Shown piece by piece: positions 19,040 to 28,630 of a stretch of 64,000 nucleotides of DNA (within the stretch, counting starts at the first letter, position 1; each line of letters begins with the position of its first letter). Source of the stretch: Myxococcota bacterium (GTDB lineage Bacteria > Myxococcota_A > UBA796 > SXON01); contig JAZKFH010000009.1 of assembly GCA_040386535.1 (NCBI GenBank), forward strand, positions 96,001 through 160,000, in the 5' to 3' direction. The notes beneath the pieces were generated by a model. That model was not told the DNA's origin. It worked only from the letters and a program-made list of their open reading frames with translations, and did not search any database. The position numbers were made by a program, and so were the translations under genes.

Positions 19040-20415
19040 ACGTGTGGAGGGCCCGCGTCCTGGGCGCCTGCGTGGCGCTGGTCCCCCTGGCCGTCGCGAC
19101 CGCGTGGACGACGTGGTGCCTCGCGCGGGTGGACGCGATCGAGCGCGAGGTGCGGCCGCTCGGCGGGCTCGCGTACGCGACGTTCGTGCAGCTGGCGCAC
19201 GACTGGTCGAGCGGCGTGGGCTGGATCCAGACGGTGCACCGCGGCTACGCGGAGGAGTGGCGGTGGGGCGGGCACTACACGCCGCTGTTCTTCGTCACCG
19301 CGTGGCTCTCCTCGTTCTCCGAGTCGCCCTGGGCGCTCGCGCGCGTGCAGGTCGTGGCCGTGGGCCTCGGGGGCCTCGCGGCGTGGAAGCTGGGGCGCGC
19401 GGAGGCGGGGCTCCCGGGGGGGGGCGTGGGGCTCGCGCTCTACTTCGGGAGCGCGCCCGTCACGCTCCTCGCGCTGGCCGACTACCAGGATCTGGTCCTG
19501 GTGCTGCCGACGCTGCTGCTGGCCGTGTGGGCGGCGCGGCACGCCTCGCCGTTCGGCTTTCTGGCCGCCGCCGCGCTCCTCGGCGCCACCCGGGAGGAGG
19601 CCCTGCTGCTCGTGCCGCTCGTGGGCCTCGCCGGCGGCGTGAACCGTGGGGTGCTCGGCGCGGCCGTCACCGGCGCCTATCTGCTGCTCTACCGCTCGCT
19701 CGGGCCGCCGCCCTACCCCAATCCGCTCGCGGACATCCTGCTCTTCCAGGTCCACCAGGCCCGCAGCTTCGGGGTCCACGCGCTCGGCTCGCTCTCGCCG
19801 AACCTCTACGGCGCGATGTCCGGCGCCGCGTGGCCCTGGCTGGCGCTCGCGCCGGTGACCGCGCTGCCCGCCGTCGCCGTCGCCGCCTTCCATGCCCAGG
19901 ACCCCACGGCCGTCGGCTCCGTGAGCTCGCCCGCCATCCACCACCTCGCGCCGCTCACGGCGGCCGCCATCGCCGCGGGGATCGTGGGCGCGGGCCGCCT
20001 GATGCGGATCGGCCGCGCCGCCGCGCTCGTCACGGTGCTCGCGGTCGCGGCGGTCACCTGGAGCGCGTGGGTGCGCTGGGAGCCGACGTTCGTGCAGCAC
20101 GGGCTCCGCGTGCAGGGCTCGGGCGAACACCCGGCCTGGGGGCTCCTCGTGGACCTCCCGCCCGACGTCGCGGTGCTCGTGCCCGACGACATCGCGCCCG
20201 TGGCGGCGCGGCGCCGGTGGGTGGTGACGCTGGACAGCCTCGGGGACCGGGTGCGGCCCGCGAATGTGCGCTACGCCCTGGACGACGGGAAGCTCGAAGG
20301 CACCGTCCTCGCAGAGCGGGGCGGATGGCGGCTCCTGCGCGATCCGGTGCTGCCGGCGGCGCGGGAGGAGCACGGCACGCCCGGGACGCCGCAGGGCGCG
20401 ATCGGACGCCAGTAG
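19036..20415 (+). CDS. DUF2079-like polytopic membrane protein (GT-C fold-like)
   Basis: GHYTPLFF, DYQDL and REEALL motifs in a multi-TM protein; GTGA overlap with the GT2 stop. Confidence 0.65.
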   Translation: MNVWRARVLGACVALVPLAVATAWTTWCLARVDAIEREVRPLGGLAYATFVQLAHDWSSGVGWIQTVHRGYAEEWRWGGHYTPLFFVTAWLSSFSESPWALARVQVVAVGLGGLAAWKLGRAEAGLPGGGVGLALYFGSAPVTLLALADYQDLVLVLPTLLLAVWAARHASPFGFLAAAALLGATREEALLLVPLVGLAGGVNRGVLGAAVTGAYLLLYRSLGPPPYPNPLADILLFQVHQARSFGVHALGSLSPNLYGAMSGAAWPWLALAPVTALPAVAVAAFHAQDPTAVGSVSSPAIHHLAPLTAAAIAAGIVGAGRLMRIGRAAALVTVLAVAAVTWSAWVRWEPTFVQHGLRVQGSGEHPAWGLLVDLPPDVAVLVPDDIAPVAARRRWVVTLDSLGDRVRPANVRYALDDGKLEGTVLAERGGWRLLRDPVLPAAREEHGTPGTPQGAIGRQ

Positions 20416-20449
20416 CGACGCCCGTCGAGCGTGTCGGCCGTCGAGCGCG

Positions 20450-21565
20450 TCAGTCCCCGAGCATCGTCGTGACCGCGCGGCGCGCGGCCTGGAGGTCGTT
20501 GTTGAGGAACACGTGTTCGCTCGTGCCGACGTCGGTGACGGTCATCAGGGTGGGGTAGGTCGGCTGGAGGGCGAGCAGATCGGTGAGCGTCCCGTCCGGT
20601 ACCTGCGGATCGCTGCTCGACCAGGTGACCTGGAGCGAGGAGGTGAGCACGCGCTCCGAGATCCACCGCTGCAGGCTGTACTGGCCGATGTCGTCGCTGC
20701 CGACGCCGTCGGTCTCCTCGGGGAAGATGCGGCGGAGCCCGGTATTGATGGCGCCGAACGCCGCCTCGTCCACGACAAGCGGGTACAGCTTGTCCATCGT
20801 CGAGTCCATGACGATGCCGGCGACGGGGGGCATGTTCGTGTCCCCCGCGTCCCGCACGCGCCGGAGCAGCTCGGCCGACGCGCGCCCACCCTCGCCCAGG
20901 CCCACGAGGTGGATCTTGGTCGCGTCGAGCGGGACGGTCAGCGTGTCGAGCCCGTACCGGGCGCGCCAGTCGGTCGCCTCCACCGGGTCGGTGCTGGCGA
21001 TGCGGGTCATCCACCACGCGAGGAAGCGGCCCTGGCGATGGATCGCGCCGTCGGCATCCCAGTCGTTGGGGCTGTAGTAGTCCTCGTTGTGCCAGAGATC
21101 GCCCCAGCAGTTGGCCGGGTAGAGCGTGAAGGCGCCCGCGTCCGCGAGCACGGCGGGGAGGGTGCCCGCGTTGACCTCGGCCGGATCGATGGCCTCGCCG
21201 GGGAGCAGGCCGAAGGTCTCGAACACCTTGTTGCCTGCCCACTCCGAGGAGAAGCGGCTCTCCTCCTGGTAGTGGGGCCCGCCGAGCGGATCGACGGGAT
21301 CGGGCGAGTTGACGTAGTCGAACGCGCCCGCGTGGAAGAACAACACGATCGGCGCCGGCTCGGTCAGGCCCTCGCGGTAGACCGCGTAGAACACCGACGG
21401 CTCGCCGTCGGGGCAGAGCAGGTCGTCGAAGCTGAACGGCCGCAGCACGATGTCGTCGGACTGGGTGTAGTCGTTCTCGAACGGGAGGGTCTCGAACTCG
21501 AGCGGCTCACCCTGCGGGCTGAAGCAGCCGGCAAGGACGACGAGGAAAAGGGCGGGCACGCGCAA
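20450..21565 (-). CDS. Lipoprotein with an alpha/beta-hydrolase-like fold lacking the nucleophile Ser
   Basis: Lipobox LAGC; IVLFFHAG; elbow HLVGLGEGG with Gly at the Ser position; C-terminal EHVF. Confidence 0.65.
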   Translation of the reverse strand: MRVPALFLVVLAGCFSPQGEPLEFETLPFENDYTQSDDIVLRPFSFDDLLCPDGEPSVFYAVYREGLTEPAPIVLFFHAGAFDYVNSPDPVDPLGGPHYQEESRFSSEWAGNKVFETFGLLPGEAIDPAEVNAGTLPAVLADAGAFTLYPANCWGDLWHNEDYYSPNDWDADGAIHRQGRFLAWWMTRIASTDPVEATDWRARYGLDTLTVPLDATKIHLVGLGEGGRASAELLRRVRDAGDTNMPPVAGIVMDSTMDKLYPLVVDEAAFGAINTGLRRIFPEETDGVGSDDIGQYSLQRWISERVLTSSLQVTWSSSDPQVPDGTLTDLLALQPTYPTLMTVTDVGTSEHVFLNNDLQAARRAVTTMLGD

Positions 21566-21587
21566 CGGACCTCCACGACACGCGGCA

Positions 21588-22277
21588 CTATACCTCCTGC
21601 ACGCACCGGAAACCGCACGGTTCCTCGCCCGCGGTCGCGCTCACCAGCCCCGGGGTACCGCCGAGGAGCCCGCCTTCGCTGGTCCATTGATGCAACCAAC
21701 ACCCGAGCTCGAAGAAGCCCGCGGGTGTGGGCGGAAACATCCCCACCTCGGGGATCTCGCCGAAGCGCGGCGCGCTCGCACGGCCCGCGAGGGGATCGGG
21801 GCGGTCGCCCCAGGGATAGCGCGCGCGGCCCCACGCGCCCCGGTAGTCCTCCGCGTCGGGGAGGCGCTTGCCGACGGCGCGGGCGTACCCGGCGGCCTCC
21901 TCGAACGAGATCGCGGTGCGCGGAAGCCAGGGATCGAGCCCGGGCGGCACGGACTCGCCCCGGTGGCGCGCCCAGCGGCCCCAGGTGACCGGGAACACGT
22001 CCAGCAGCCGGCCGGGGTGCCCCGGCACGCGCGCCATGAGCGGGTGCTGGCCGTCGGGGTTCACAAGCCCGATCTCGTCGTCGCCGCCGAGCAGATCGGC
22101 GTGGGGGGCCTCGATGCGGAGGGTGACCTCGCTGGAGACGACACGCCCCCGGGTGTCGAGCGCGACACGCGCCGACAGGAGCCGCCAGGTGGCCTCCATG
22201 GGAGAGCGGTTGGTCGTCGCGAGTGCGCGGGTGATCGCGTGGCGGACGTGGATTCCGGCCGCGTGGATCACGGACAT
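21588..22277 (-). CDS. Protein with a degenerate FGE-sulfatase (SUMF1) domain
   Basis: ISFEEAAGYA...KRLP..E, RYPWG, VG.FPP..AG and GFRCV motifs; AGGAGGT RBS before ATG 22277. Confidence 0.75.
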   Translation of the reverse strand: MSVIHAAGIHVRHAITRALATTNRSPMEATWRLLSARVALDTRGRVVSSEVTLRIEAPHADLLGGDDEIGLVNPDGQHPLMARVPGHPGRLLDVFPVTWGRWARHRGESVPPGLDPWLPRTAISFEEAAGYARAVGKRLPDAEDYRGAWGRARYPWGDRPDPLAGRASAPRFGEIPEVGMFPPTPAGFFELGCWLHQWTSEGGLLGGTPGLVSATAGEEPCGFRCVQEV

Positions 22278-22392
22278 CGAACCTCCTGGGGACGGTGGGG
22301 GCGCACGTTTCCCGTGCGCATCGGCGCTCTCCAAACAGTAGGCACCAGCGCGCCGATCTCTTCCGTCCCGCGGTATACCTCCCGCGGCGGAG

Positions 22393-22881
22393 GTGCAGGT
22401 GCGCTGGCGTTGGGTGGATCGGATCGACGACATGGAGCTCGGGACGAGCGCGCGCGGCCGGGTGACCTTCCCTGCCGACAGCTTCTTCTTCGCCGATCAC
22501 TTCCCCGGATTTCCGGTGGTGCCCGGCGTCATCCTGCTCGAGGCGATGGCGCAGCTCTCGGGCAAGCTCATTGGGTACACCGTGCGCAAGGAGCGGGGCG
22601 ACTGGCCGTTTCCCATCATCACGATGGCGAACGCGGTCAAGTTCCGTCGCTTCGTCCGCCCGGAAGAAGAGGTGGAGCTCGAGAGCCGGGTGGTGGAGCT
22701 CCGCGACGAGAGCGCCATCATGTTCGTGCGCGCGAAGGTGGACGGGAAGGTGGTCGCCCAGGCGGAGGAGATCTTCGTGTTCAACGCGGTGCGGCTCGAG
22801 TCCGAGGCGGAGTCGGCGCGGCTCGAGGCGCTCGAACGCGCCGAGCTCGTGCGGCTCTGGCCCGGGTACCCTGGTGATTGA
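22393..22881 (+). CDS. FabZ/FabA-like 3-hydroxyacyl-ACP dehydratase
   Basis: WVDRI, DHFPGFPVVPGVILLEAMAQ, KFRRFVRP; the start may be GTG 22399. Confidence 0.9.
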   Translation: MQVRWRWVDRIDDMELGTSARGRVTFPADSFFFADHFPGFPVVPGVILLEAMAQLSGKLIGYTVRKERGDWPFPIITMANAVKFRRFVRPEEEVELESRVVELRDESAIMFVRAKVDGKVVAQAEEIFVFNAVRLESEAESARLEALERAELVRLWPGYPGD

Positions 22882-24043
22882 CCGCCGCGTCGTGGTGACC
22901 GGCATCGGCGTCGTCACGCCTCTCGGCATCGGCGCCGAGGTCACGTGGCAGGCCTTGCTGGACGGGCAGAACGGAGTCGGCCCCATCCGCCGCTTCGATC
23001 CCACCGGCTTTCCCGTAGGGTTCGCGGCCGAGGCCCCCTTGCCGGGCAGCGGCGCGGCGCTCAAGGCGCGGCTGGTCGAGCTGGCCCTGGGCGAGGCCCT
23101 CGGGCAGTCCGGGATCCGCGGGGGCCCGCGCCTCGGCGTGTGCGTCGGGAGCGAGGCCGCGCGGCCCCCCATCGAGTGGCTCGGCCGCGCCGACGTAGGC
23201 GTCGCCGAGGTGTCCAGCCTCGCGCCGGACGCGCCGACGCGCCAGGCCGCCGAGATGGCGGGGTGCGGGGGCCCGCGGAGCACGGTGTCGACCGCGTGTA
23301 CGTCGTCGAGCCAGGCGATCGGCGAGGCGCTGCTGCGCATCCGCCGCGGCGAGGTGGACGCGATGATCGCCGGCGGGGTCGACGCGCTCTCCGAGCCCCT
23401 GATGGTCGTCGGCTTCGCCAAGCTCGGCGCGCTCTCCACGCGCAACGAGGATCCGGCCCACGCGAGCCGGCCCTTCGATCTGCATCGGGACGGCTTCGTG
23501 CTCGGCGAGGGCGCCGGGTTCCTGGTGCTCGAGTCCGCCGACCATGCCCGCGCCCGCGGGGCCCACGTCCTCGCCACGATCGACGGCTGGGGCTGCTCGT
23601 GCAACGCGTGGCGCATCACGGACTCCCCGCCGGACGGGCGGGGTGCCGCCCAGGCGATGCGCGCCGCGCTCGCGGACGCGGGGTTGACCCCCGAGCAGGT
23701 CGGCTACATCAACGCGCACGGCACCTCCACCCCGCAGAACGATCTGTCCGAGAGCCGCGCCATCCGCTCGGTGTTCGGCGGCATCCCGGTGCCGGTGAGC
23801 AGCACCAAGGGCCACATGGGGCACCTCGTGGCCGCGTGCGGCGCGGTCGAGGCGATCCTGTGCGTCCAGGCGCTGCGGGACGGCTGGTTGCCCCCCACGC
23901 GCAACCTCGAAGAGCCCGATCCCGACTGCGACCTGGCGCACATCCGCGGCACGCCGATGCGCTCGCGCGCCCGGTACGCGCTCACCAACGCGTTCGGCTT
24001 CGGCGGCAGCAACGGCAGCGTGCTGCTCGGGGAAGCGACGTGA
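22874..24043 (+). CDS. Beta-ketoacyl-ACP synthase (FabF-like KS 1)
   Basis: RRVVVTGIG, STACTSS (catalytic Cys), SRPFD..RDGFV.GEGA, NAHGTST, KGHMGH, NAFGFGG. Confidence 0.92.
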   Translation: MIDRRVVVTGIGVVTPLGIGAEVTWQALLDGQNGVGPIRRFDPTGFPVGFAAEAPLPGSGAALKARLVELALGEALGQSGIRGGPRLGVCVGSEAARPPIEWLGRADVGVAEVSSLAPDAPTRQAAEMAGCGGPRSTVSTACTSSSQAIGEALLRIRRGEVDAMIAGGVDALSEPLMVVGFAKLGALSTRNEDPAHASRPFDLHRDGFVLGEGAGFLVLESADHARARGAHVLATIDGWGCSCNAWRITDSPPDGRGAAQAMRAALADAGLTPEQVGYINAHGTSTPQNDLSESRAIRSVFGGIPVPVSSTKGHMGHLVAACGAVEAILCVQALRDGWLPPTRNLEEPDPDCDLAHIRGTPMRSRARYALTNAFGFGGSNGSVLLGEAT

Positions 24044-24840
24044 GCACCGGGGGGCGAGGCCGCGCGGGCATCCTCGCCGTCGGGCTGGTGACCCCCATCG
24101 GGGACGAGCTTCTGGCGGTGCTCGGGCGGGTGCGCGCCGGCGAGACCGCCGTGCGGCCCGTGACGCACCTGGCCGATCTGCCCGACGGGCGCGCGGCCCT
24201 GGTCGAGGGGCCCTCCCTGGTGGGGTGGCTCAAGCGCAAAAAAGACGCGCGGCTGTTGCCCCGGGCCGCGGAGCTCGCGTTGCCGGCGGCCGGGCGGGCG
24301 CTCCTCGGGTTCATGGGAGACCCCGAGGAGCTCGGCTTGTGCGTGGCGGTGGGGCGGGAGCCGCCGGACGAGGGCGAGGCCGAGGCCTCGCTCGCGGCGA
24401 TGGAGCGGGACGGCGCGCTCGATCGCGAGCGGCTCGGCGGCCCCGGGCGGGCGCTGTACCCGCCGCTGCTCCCGCTGCGCACCCTTCCGAACATGGTGCT
24501 CGCGCACGTGGCGATCCAGCACGGCATCCGCGGCGAGAACGGCACATGGGCGGGCGGCGCCGAGGCCGGCGCCCAGGCGCTGCGTGCGGGGCTTCGCCTC
24601 GTGGAAGAGGGGCGGGCCCCCTTCTGCCTCGTCGGCGCGGCCTCCTCCGCGGTCGACCTCGCGAGCGCGCGCGATCGCCTGCGGCTCGGGTACGCGGGGC
24701 CCCCCGGCGAGGCCGCCATCTTCGTGCTCATCGGCCCAGGCGGGGCCGCCGTGCGCGAGGATCCCACGCTCCTGGCCGCGATGCGCGCCGCCATCGGCGA
24801 CTGCGGGCCGGTCGAGGGGTTGTACGGGGTGTTGGGGTAG
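24040..24840 (+). CDS. Short Cys-less ketosynthase-like protein (chain-length-factor-like 1)
   Basis: KS N-terminal features (AVGLVTP, PPLLPLRTLPNMVLAHVAIQHGIRGEN, GEAA). No Cys at the active-site position (GGAEAG) and no C-terminal His motifs. GTGA overlap with KS1. Confidence 0.75.
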   Translation: MSTGGRGRAGILAVGLVTPIGDELLAVLGRVRAGETAVRPVTHLADLPDGRAALVEGPSLVGWLKRKKDARLLPRAAELALPAAGRALLGFMGDPEELGLCVAVGREPPDEGEAEASLAAMERDGALDRERLGGPGRALYPPLLPLRTLPNMVLAHVAIQHGIRGENGTWAGGAEAGAQALRAGLRLVEEGRAPFCLVGAASSAVDLASARDRLRLGYAGPPGEAAIFVLIGPGGAAVREDPTLLAAMRAAIGDCGPVEGLYGVLG

Positions 24841-24883
24841 GGTCTGGCGGCTGGCTTTGAGGCCGGTCGGGCGTTGAGCGACG

Positions 24884-24892
24884 TGGTAGGCT
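24884..24892 (+). promoter_or_regulatory. Extended -10 element upstream of the kinase
   Basis: TG-G-TAGGCT, 21 nt before TTG 24914. Confidence 0.4.
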
Positions 24893-24913
24893 CTCGGCCG
24901 CTCTGGAGCGTCT

Positions 24914-27439
24914 TTGGCCAGCCGCGAGTCGTCCCGCCGCTTTCACTTCATCAAGGAGATTGCCTCCGGTGGATTCGGGAGCGTGTACCTGGCGAAGGTG
25001 ATGCACGCGGATGGGTTCTCCCGTCTGGCGGCCATCAAGCTCCTGCACCAGCGCTGGAGCGAGAACATCGAGATCGCCCAACGCATGCGCGACGAGGCGC
25101 GGCTCCTGGGCTGGCTTCGGCACCGCAACATCGTCGACGTCATCGACCTGACCACGATCGGCGGCCGCGTCGCCGTGATCATGGAGTACCTCGAGGCCAT
25201 CGACTTCAAGGGTGCGATCAACCAGACGATCGAGGCCAACGAGACGATGCCGCCGCGCGTGGCGCTCGAGGCCACCGCCTTCGTGGCGAGCGCGCTCGAC
25301 GCCGCGTACAACCGGCCGCCCTACCAGGGCGAGAAGCCGCTCCGGGTCATCCACCGCGACATCAAGCCGTCGAACATCATGGTCGACGAGTCGGGCACCG
25401 TGAAGGTGCTCGACTTCGGCGTGGCGCGCGCGGACTTCGACTCGCGCGAGAGCCACACCCAGGAGCTCCAGTTCGGCTCGGTCGACTACATGCCGCCGGA
25501 GCGCCTGTTCTTCGAGCCGGAGACCCCGTTTTCCGACGTGTACTCCCTCGGCGCCACGCTCTACGAGCTCCTGGCCCTCGAGAAGCTCGGCAAGGCCAAG
25601 GGGCGCCCCGAGAAACACGCGGCCTTCGTGGCCGAGCGCCTCGAGTTCCTGCGCACGCGCTGCGACCTGCCCGGTATCAGCGGCGACGCCGTCATCGAGC
25701 TCATCGGGCAGATGTGCGCGTACGGACACGAGCAGCGCCCCTCCGCGGCGGACTGCGTGCAACGGTGCCGTGCGCTCGCGCGCGGGTTCGAGGGCGAAGG
25801 GCTCGGCGAGTGGGCCGAGCGCGTCCTTCCGCCGCTCCTCAAGGCGAGCCGCGAGGAGCCGCGCGAGCCGAACCCGCTGACCGACTCGATCCTCACCGAG
25901 GACAGCGCCTCCTTCAAGGCGGACGACACGTACGTCGAGTCCGCGGAGGAGGCCGGCGTGGTGCTGCGCGCCGAGGATCCGGTGCCCGCCGTGATCCCGA
26001 TGACGGACGAGCGCTGGGAGCTGCTGCGCAGGGCCGCCCTCTCCGAGATCCAGGCGCGTGACGCGGACGCCGACGCCACGTACACGGGCCGCCCGGACGA
26101 CGACATCGAGGTGATCGACGAGATGGTGGACGCTTCGGCGACGCCCCCGGTGGCGGTGCCCGCGCCGGTCGCGGGGCCGATCGCCCCGGTCGCGGCCGCG
26201 GCGACGGGCGCCCCCAAGCCCGCGATCGCCCCGGCGAAGGCGGCGCCGGGCAAGGCGCCGCCGGGCATCGCGGCCGTCGGCAACGCGCTCGACGCGCCGA
26301 GCGCGGCCTACCTCAAGACGCTCCGTGGCCCCGGCGCCCAGGGCGCGCCCGCGCCGGCCGCATCCCAGGGCGCGCCCGCGCCGATTCCCGCCCCGACCCC
26401 CGCGCCGATTCCCGCGCCGGCCCCCGTTGCGCGTCCCGCCGCGCAGACGGTGAGCGCGCCCGCGGCTGGCTCCTCCGCGGCAGCCGCCCTCGCGGCGCTT
26501 CGGCCTGCCCCCACCATGATCCCGGACGTCGACGAGGACTACGCGCCGACCCAGGCGTTCGTCGTGCCGCCGCGCGAGCAGCGGCCGGTGGCCCTCCCCG
26601 CGCCCATCACGGTCGCGCCCGCGCCGGTTGCGCCCGTGCCGATTGCGCCCGTGCCGGTCGCGCCTGTCGCCGTCGCGCCGACCCCGATCGCGCCCGTCGC
26701 GGTCGCGCCGCCGCCCGTCGCGCCGCCGCCGGTCGCGCCCATCTCGATCGCCCACCCCCCGCCGGCAGCCTCTGCGGACGCCACCGCGCACGGCATCCCC
26801 GCCGGCACCCGTGGCGCGGCGCCGCTCGCCTCCGATCCGGTGCGCGCGCCTCACGTCGAGGTGTCGCGGCCCGCTCCGTCTGCTCCGCGCGCCCCGGTCC
26901 TGATGCCGCAGGAGCGGCCCGCCGCGCCTCCACGCGTCGCCGTCGCGTACGACGACGATCCGCTCGACGACCCGCCGCCCGCCCGCCGGGGCTGGGTGAT
27001 CCCGGTGGTCGTGGTGCTCGTCCTCGGCGCCCTCGCGGCGCTCGTGAGCGTCGTGCTCGTGGGCGGCGCGCTCCTCCACGGCGCCGACACGCCCGCCGTC
27101 GACCCGATCCCCGCGACCGCCACGCCCATCACCGGCGCGCCCGCGGGGTCGACCACCGGGACCGCCGCCCAGAGCGCTGCCGCCACCATGGCGGGCACGC
27201 CCACGGCCGGCGGGATCACCTTCGTCTCGCGCGCGCCCGACACGGCGAAGATCACGGTCACCTGCGACGGCGTGGAGGCCGTTGGTACCGACAGCGTCGG
27301 CCTCGCGGCCACCACGGCGACCTCGTGCGCCGTCAAGGTGATGCTCAAGGACCGCACGCGCCTGTTCAGCGACGTGTCCGGCGCCACGGCGGGCACGTAC
27401 ACGTGCTTCGACGGCGGCACGAAGGAGTGTGTGCGTTGA
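24914..27439 (+). CDS. Membrane Ser/Thr protein kinase with Pro/Ala-rich linker, TM and small Cys-containing extracellular domain
   Basis: ASGGFG, AAIK, IHRDIKPSN, LDFG and YMPPE are all intact; (VAPxP)n repeats; TM WVIPVVVVLV...; four C-terminal Cys. Confidence 0.92.
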   Translation: MASRESSRRFHFIKEIASGGFGSVYLAKVMHADGFSRLAAIKLLHQRWSENIEIAQRMRDEARLLGWLRHRNIVDVIDLTTIGGRVAVIMEYLEAIDFKGAINQTIEANETMPPRVALEATAFVASALDAAYNRPPYQGEKPLRVIHRDIKPSNIMVDESGTVKVLDFGVARADFDSRESHTQELQFGSVDYMPPERLFFEPETPFSDVYSLGATLYELLALEKLGKAKGRPEKHAAFVAERLEFLRTRCDLPGISGDAVIELIGQMCAYGHEQRPSAADCVQRCRALARGFEGEGLGEWAERVLPPLLKASREEPREPNPLTDSILTEDSASFKADDTYVESAEEAGVVLRAEDPVPAVIPMTDERWELLRRAALSEIQARDADADATYTGRPDDDIEVIDEMVDASATPPVAVPAPVAGPIAPVAAAATGAPKPAIAPAKAAPGKAPPGIAAVGNALDAPSAAYLKTLRGPGAQGAPAPAASQGAPAPIPAPTPAPIPAPAPVARPAAQTVSAPAAGSSAAAALAALRPAPTMIPDVDEDYAPTQAFVVPPREQRPVALPAPITVAPAPVAPVPIAPVPVAPVAVAPTPIAPVAVAPPPVAPPPVAPISIAHPPPAASADATAHGIPAGTRGAAPLASDPVRAPHVEVSRPAPSAPRAPVLMPQERPAAPPRVAVAYDDDPLDDPPPARRGWVIPVVVVLVLGALAALVSVVLVGGALLHGADTPAVDPIPATATPITGAPAGSTTGTAAQSAAATMAGTPTAGGITFVSRAPDTAKITVTCDGVEAVGTDSVGLAATTATSCAVKVMLKDRTRLFSDVSGATAGTYTCFDGGTKECVR

Positions 27440-27457
27440 GCCCGCGCGCCGCGTTCC

Positions 27458-28627
27458 ATGCGTAGCGTCGTCATCACCGCCGTGGGCCTGCGCTGCGCCG
27501 CGGGCTCCGTCCTGGCGCTGCCGGACCGCTCGTGGGGCCGCCCCGATCCCGACGCGGAGGCGCTCGGCGTGCCGCTCGTGGCGCGCGTCGAGGGCGTGCC
27601 GGACCACCCGGACTTCCCGGACGATCGCAAGGGTGCGCTCGCGTGGGCGGCCGCCGCCGACGCGATGGCCGGCGTGGCCGCCGGGGGCCGCCGTGGCGTG
27701 TGGCTCGGCACCGGGCTCTCCAGCCTCACGCCCGACGAGCTGGTGCGTGACCTGTACCCGCATCTGCGCGACGGGCGCTTCGATCGCGCCTCGCTCGCGC
27801 GGGACCTCGACGCCGACCACCCCGCGCCCCGGCGGCACCTGCCCGAGCGGGTCACGCAGGTGATCGCGCGGGCGTACGGCGCGTCCATTGCGGAGACGAG
27901 CTTCTCCGCGTGCGCGGCGGCCGCGATGTCCCTGGCCGAGGCGGCCCGCGCCGTGGCGCGCGACGAGGTCGACATCGCCCTCGCCGGCGGACACGACGCG
28001 ATGATCCACCCCATCGGCCTGCTCTCGTTCGTGGTGCTCGGCGCGCTCTCGACCACGGTGTCGCGCCCGTTCGATCGGCGGCGCGACGGCTTCCTCATCG
28101 GCGAGGGCGCGGCGGTGTTCCGCCTCGAGGCCGAGGACGACGCCCGCGCCCGCGGCGCCCCGATCCTCGCGCGCTGGCTCGGGGCCGGCACGAGCGTGGA
28201 CGCGCACAACGTGACCGCCCCCCATCCCGAAGGCCACGGCGCCGCCCTCGCGATGGCGCGCGCGCTCCGCGACGCGGGCCTCTCCCCGGCGGACATCGAC
28301 TACGTGAACGCCCACGGCACCGGCACCCCCGTAGGCGATCGCGCCGAGTCGCTCGCGATCCGCAAGGTCCTCGGCGACGTGCCGGTGAGCTCGTTCAAGG
28401 GCGCGGTGGGCCACACGGTCGCCGCGGCGGGCGCGGTCGAGCTCGCCTTGTGCCTCGCGAGCTTCCGCGATGGCGTGCTCCCGCGCACCGTGGGCCTCGA
28501 AGAGCCCGATCCCGACTGTCCGGCCAACGTGCTCGTCGCGGACGTGCAGAAGCGGCCGCGGGTGATCCTGTCGAATTCGTTCGGGTTCGGGGGGCAGAAT
28601 TGTGCGGTGGTGGTGGGGGCTCCGTAG
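27458..28627 (+). CDS. Beta-ketoacyl-ACP synthase (FabF-like KS 2)
   Basis: FSACAAA (Cys), SRPFD.RRDGF.IGEGA, NAHGTGT, KGAVGH, NSFGFGG. Confidence 0.9.
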   Translation: MRSVVITAVGLRCAAGSVLALPDRSWGRPDPDAEALGVPLVARVEGVPDHPDFPDDRKGALAWAAAADAMAGVAAGGRRGVWLGTGLSSLTPDELVRDLYPHLRDGRFDRASLARDLDADHPAPRRHLPERVTQVIARAYGASIAETSFSACAAAAMSLAEAARAVARDEVDIALAGGHDAMIHPIGLLSFVVLGALSTTVSRPFDRRRDGFLIGEGAAVFRLEAEDDARARGAPILARWLGAGTSVDAHNVTAPHPEGHGAALAMARALRDAGLSPADIDYVNAHGTGTPVGDRAESLAIRKVLGDVPVSSFKGAVGHTVAAAGAVELALCLASFRDGVLPRTVGLEEPDPDCPANVLVADVQKRPRVILSNSFGFGGQNCAVVVGAP

Positions 28628-28630
28628 TCT

